64,000 nucleotides of DNA, from NCBI GenBank assembly GCA_037134915.1, contig JBAXLJ010000001.1, positions 165,484 through 229,483 of the forward strand, given 5' to 3'. Made by a program: the position numbers and the translations under genes. The notes beneath the pieces were generated by a model. It ran no database searches and was not told where the DNA came from. It saw nothing but the letters and a program-made list of their open reading frames with translations. Positions 63,929 to 64,000 of the stretch are shown piece after piece (position 1 is the first letter of the stretch; each line of letters starts with the position of its first letter). Source of the DNA: Candidatus Falkowbacteria bacterium (GTDB lineage: Bacteria; Patescibacteriota; Patescibacteriia; Patescibacteriales; UBA12465).

Positions 63929-64000
63929 CTCGTTCCAACTACATCCCACTCTCCCCGCAGATTGACAAGAGCATACTAATGTAGTATGCTTTTTTGTTGA
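63929..64000 (+). repeat. Cassette-end repeat copy D (tRNA-3'-end-like box plus terminator hairpin)
   Basis: ctcgttccaac-tacatccc-actctccccgca, then the agcatacta-atg-tagtatgct hairpin and TTTTTTGTTG. It runs to the window edge. Confidence 0.4.

Larger units (their letters stand above)
42800..64000. mobile_element. tRNA-Ser-adjacent accessory/defence island (composite; right end beyond the window)
   Basis: It begins right after the tRNA. It holds two large serine recombinases, four DNA methyltransferases, a nuclease-helicase, an RloC/PrrC-like ATPase and many orphan ORFs. It is visibly more AT-rich than the housekeeping part. The boundaries are not defined. Confidence 0.55.

Noticed and set aside
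58067-63968. 14/15-nt match CCCGCAGATTG(T/A)CAA. One copy is inside the 3' end of the second recombinase gene (58067-58081). The other is at cassette-end repeat D (63954-63968).
   Set aside because: A match of this length and identity is expected by chance in the window, and one copy is within coding sequence. I note it only as a possible att-core hint to test with junction PCR or reads.
1-64000. CRISPR arrays, rRNA genes, IS transposases and an alternative genetic code (TGA recoding, as in some CPR lineages).
   Set aside because: I saw no regularly spaced short direct repeats and no rRNA-like conserved blocks. I saw no DDE/IS110/IS200-type ORFs. Conserved genes terminate at TGA/TAA/TAG with normal lengths, so the standard code fits.

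Overview
The window is a densely coded, low-GC bacterial segment using the standard code (TGA acts as a stop). Its gene content looks like a small-genome Patescibacteria/CPR-type organism, which is an inference, not a database result. It divides into three parts.

(1) 1-17.4 kb is mostly housekeeping genes: a GT2 glycosyltransferase, a GT-C/TPR membrane protein, murJ, lepA, recJ, rnhA, xth, asnS and rsmA. It also holds a seven-gene minus-strand operon in which the four subunits of a pyruvate/2-oxoacid:ferredoxin oxidoreductase are interleaved with two cysteine-rich VirB2/TrbC-like pilin-domain proteins. A membrane-anchored DsbA-like oxidoreductase heads that operon.

(2) 17.4-36.4 kb is a cell-surface and secretion locus. 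It contains a calcium-binding Tsp3-repeat protein and a 2,681-aa cysteine-rich secreted giant. These are followed by a type IV secretion-like cluster: a VirB6-like polytopic protein, a PrgI/VirB3-like protein, an apparently split VirB4 ATPase and a possible VirB8-like protein. No relaxase or coupling protein is visible. radA, a methyltransferase, recG and tRNA-Arg(GCG) follow.

(3) From tRNA-Ser(GCT) at 42.7 kb to the window edge lies an AT-richer accessory island. It carries two large serine recombinases, a nuclease-helicase with two DNA methyltransferases, two more ParB-type or orphan methyltransferases, and an RloC/PrrC-like zinc-hook ATPase heading a five-gene cassette of unknowns. It ends in a series of small cassettes punctuated by repeats.

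Non-coding highlights:
- A promoter, nested-helix leader and competing terminator, resembling a riboswitch, at 48.88-49.07 kb.
- Two 61-bp-spaced dyad repeats at 52.41-52.51 kb.
- A 68-nt hairpin upstream of the second recombinase.

No rRNA, CRISPR array or transposase was seen. All domain calls come from motifs read by eye and need HMM or structure confirmation.
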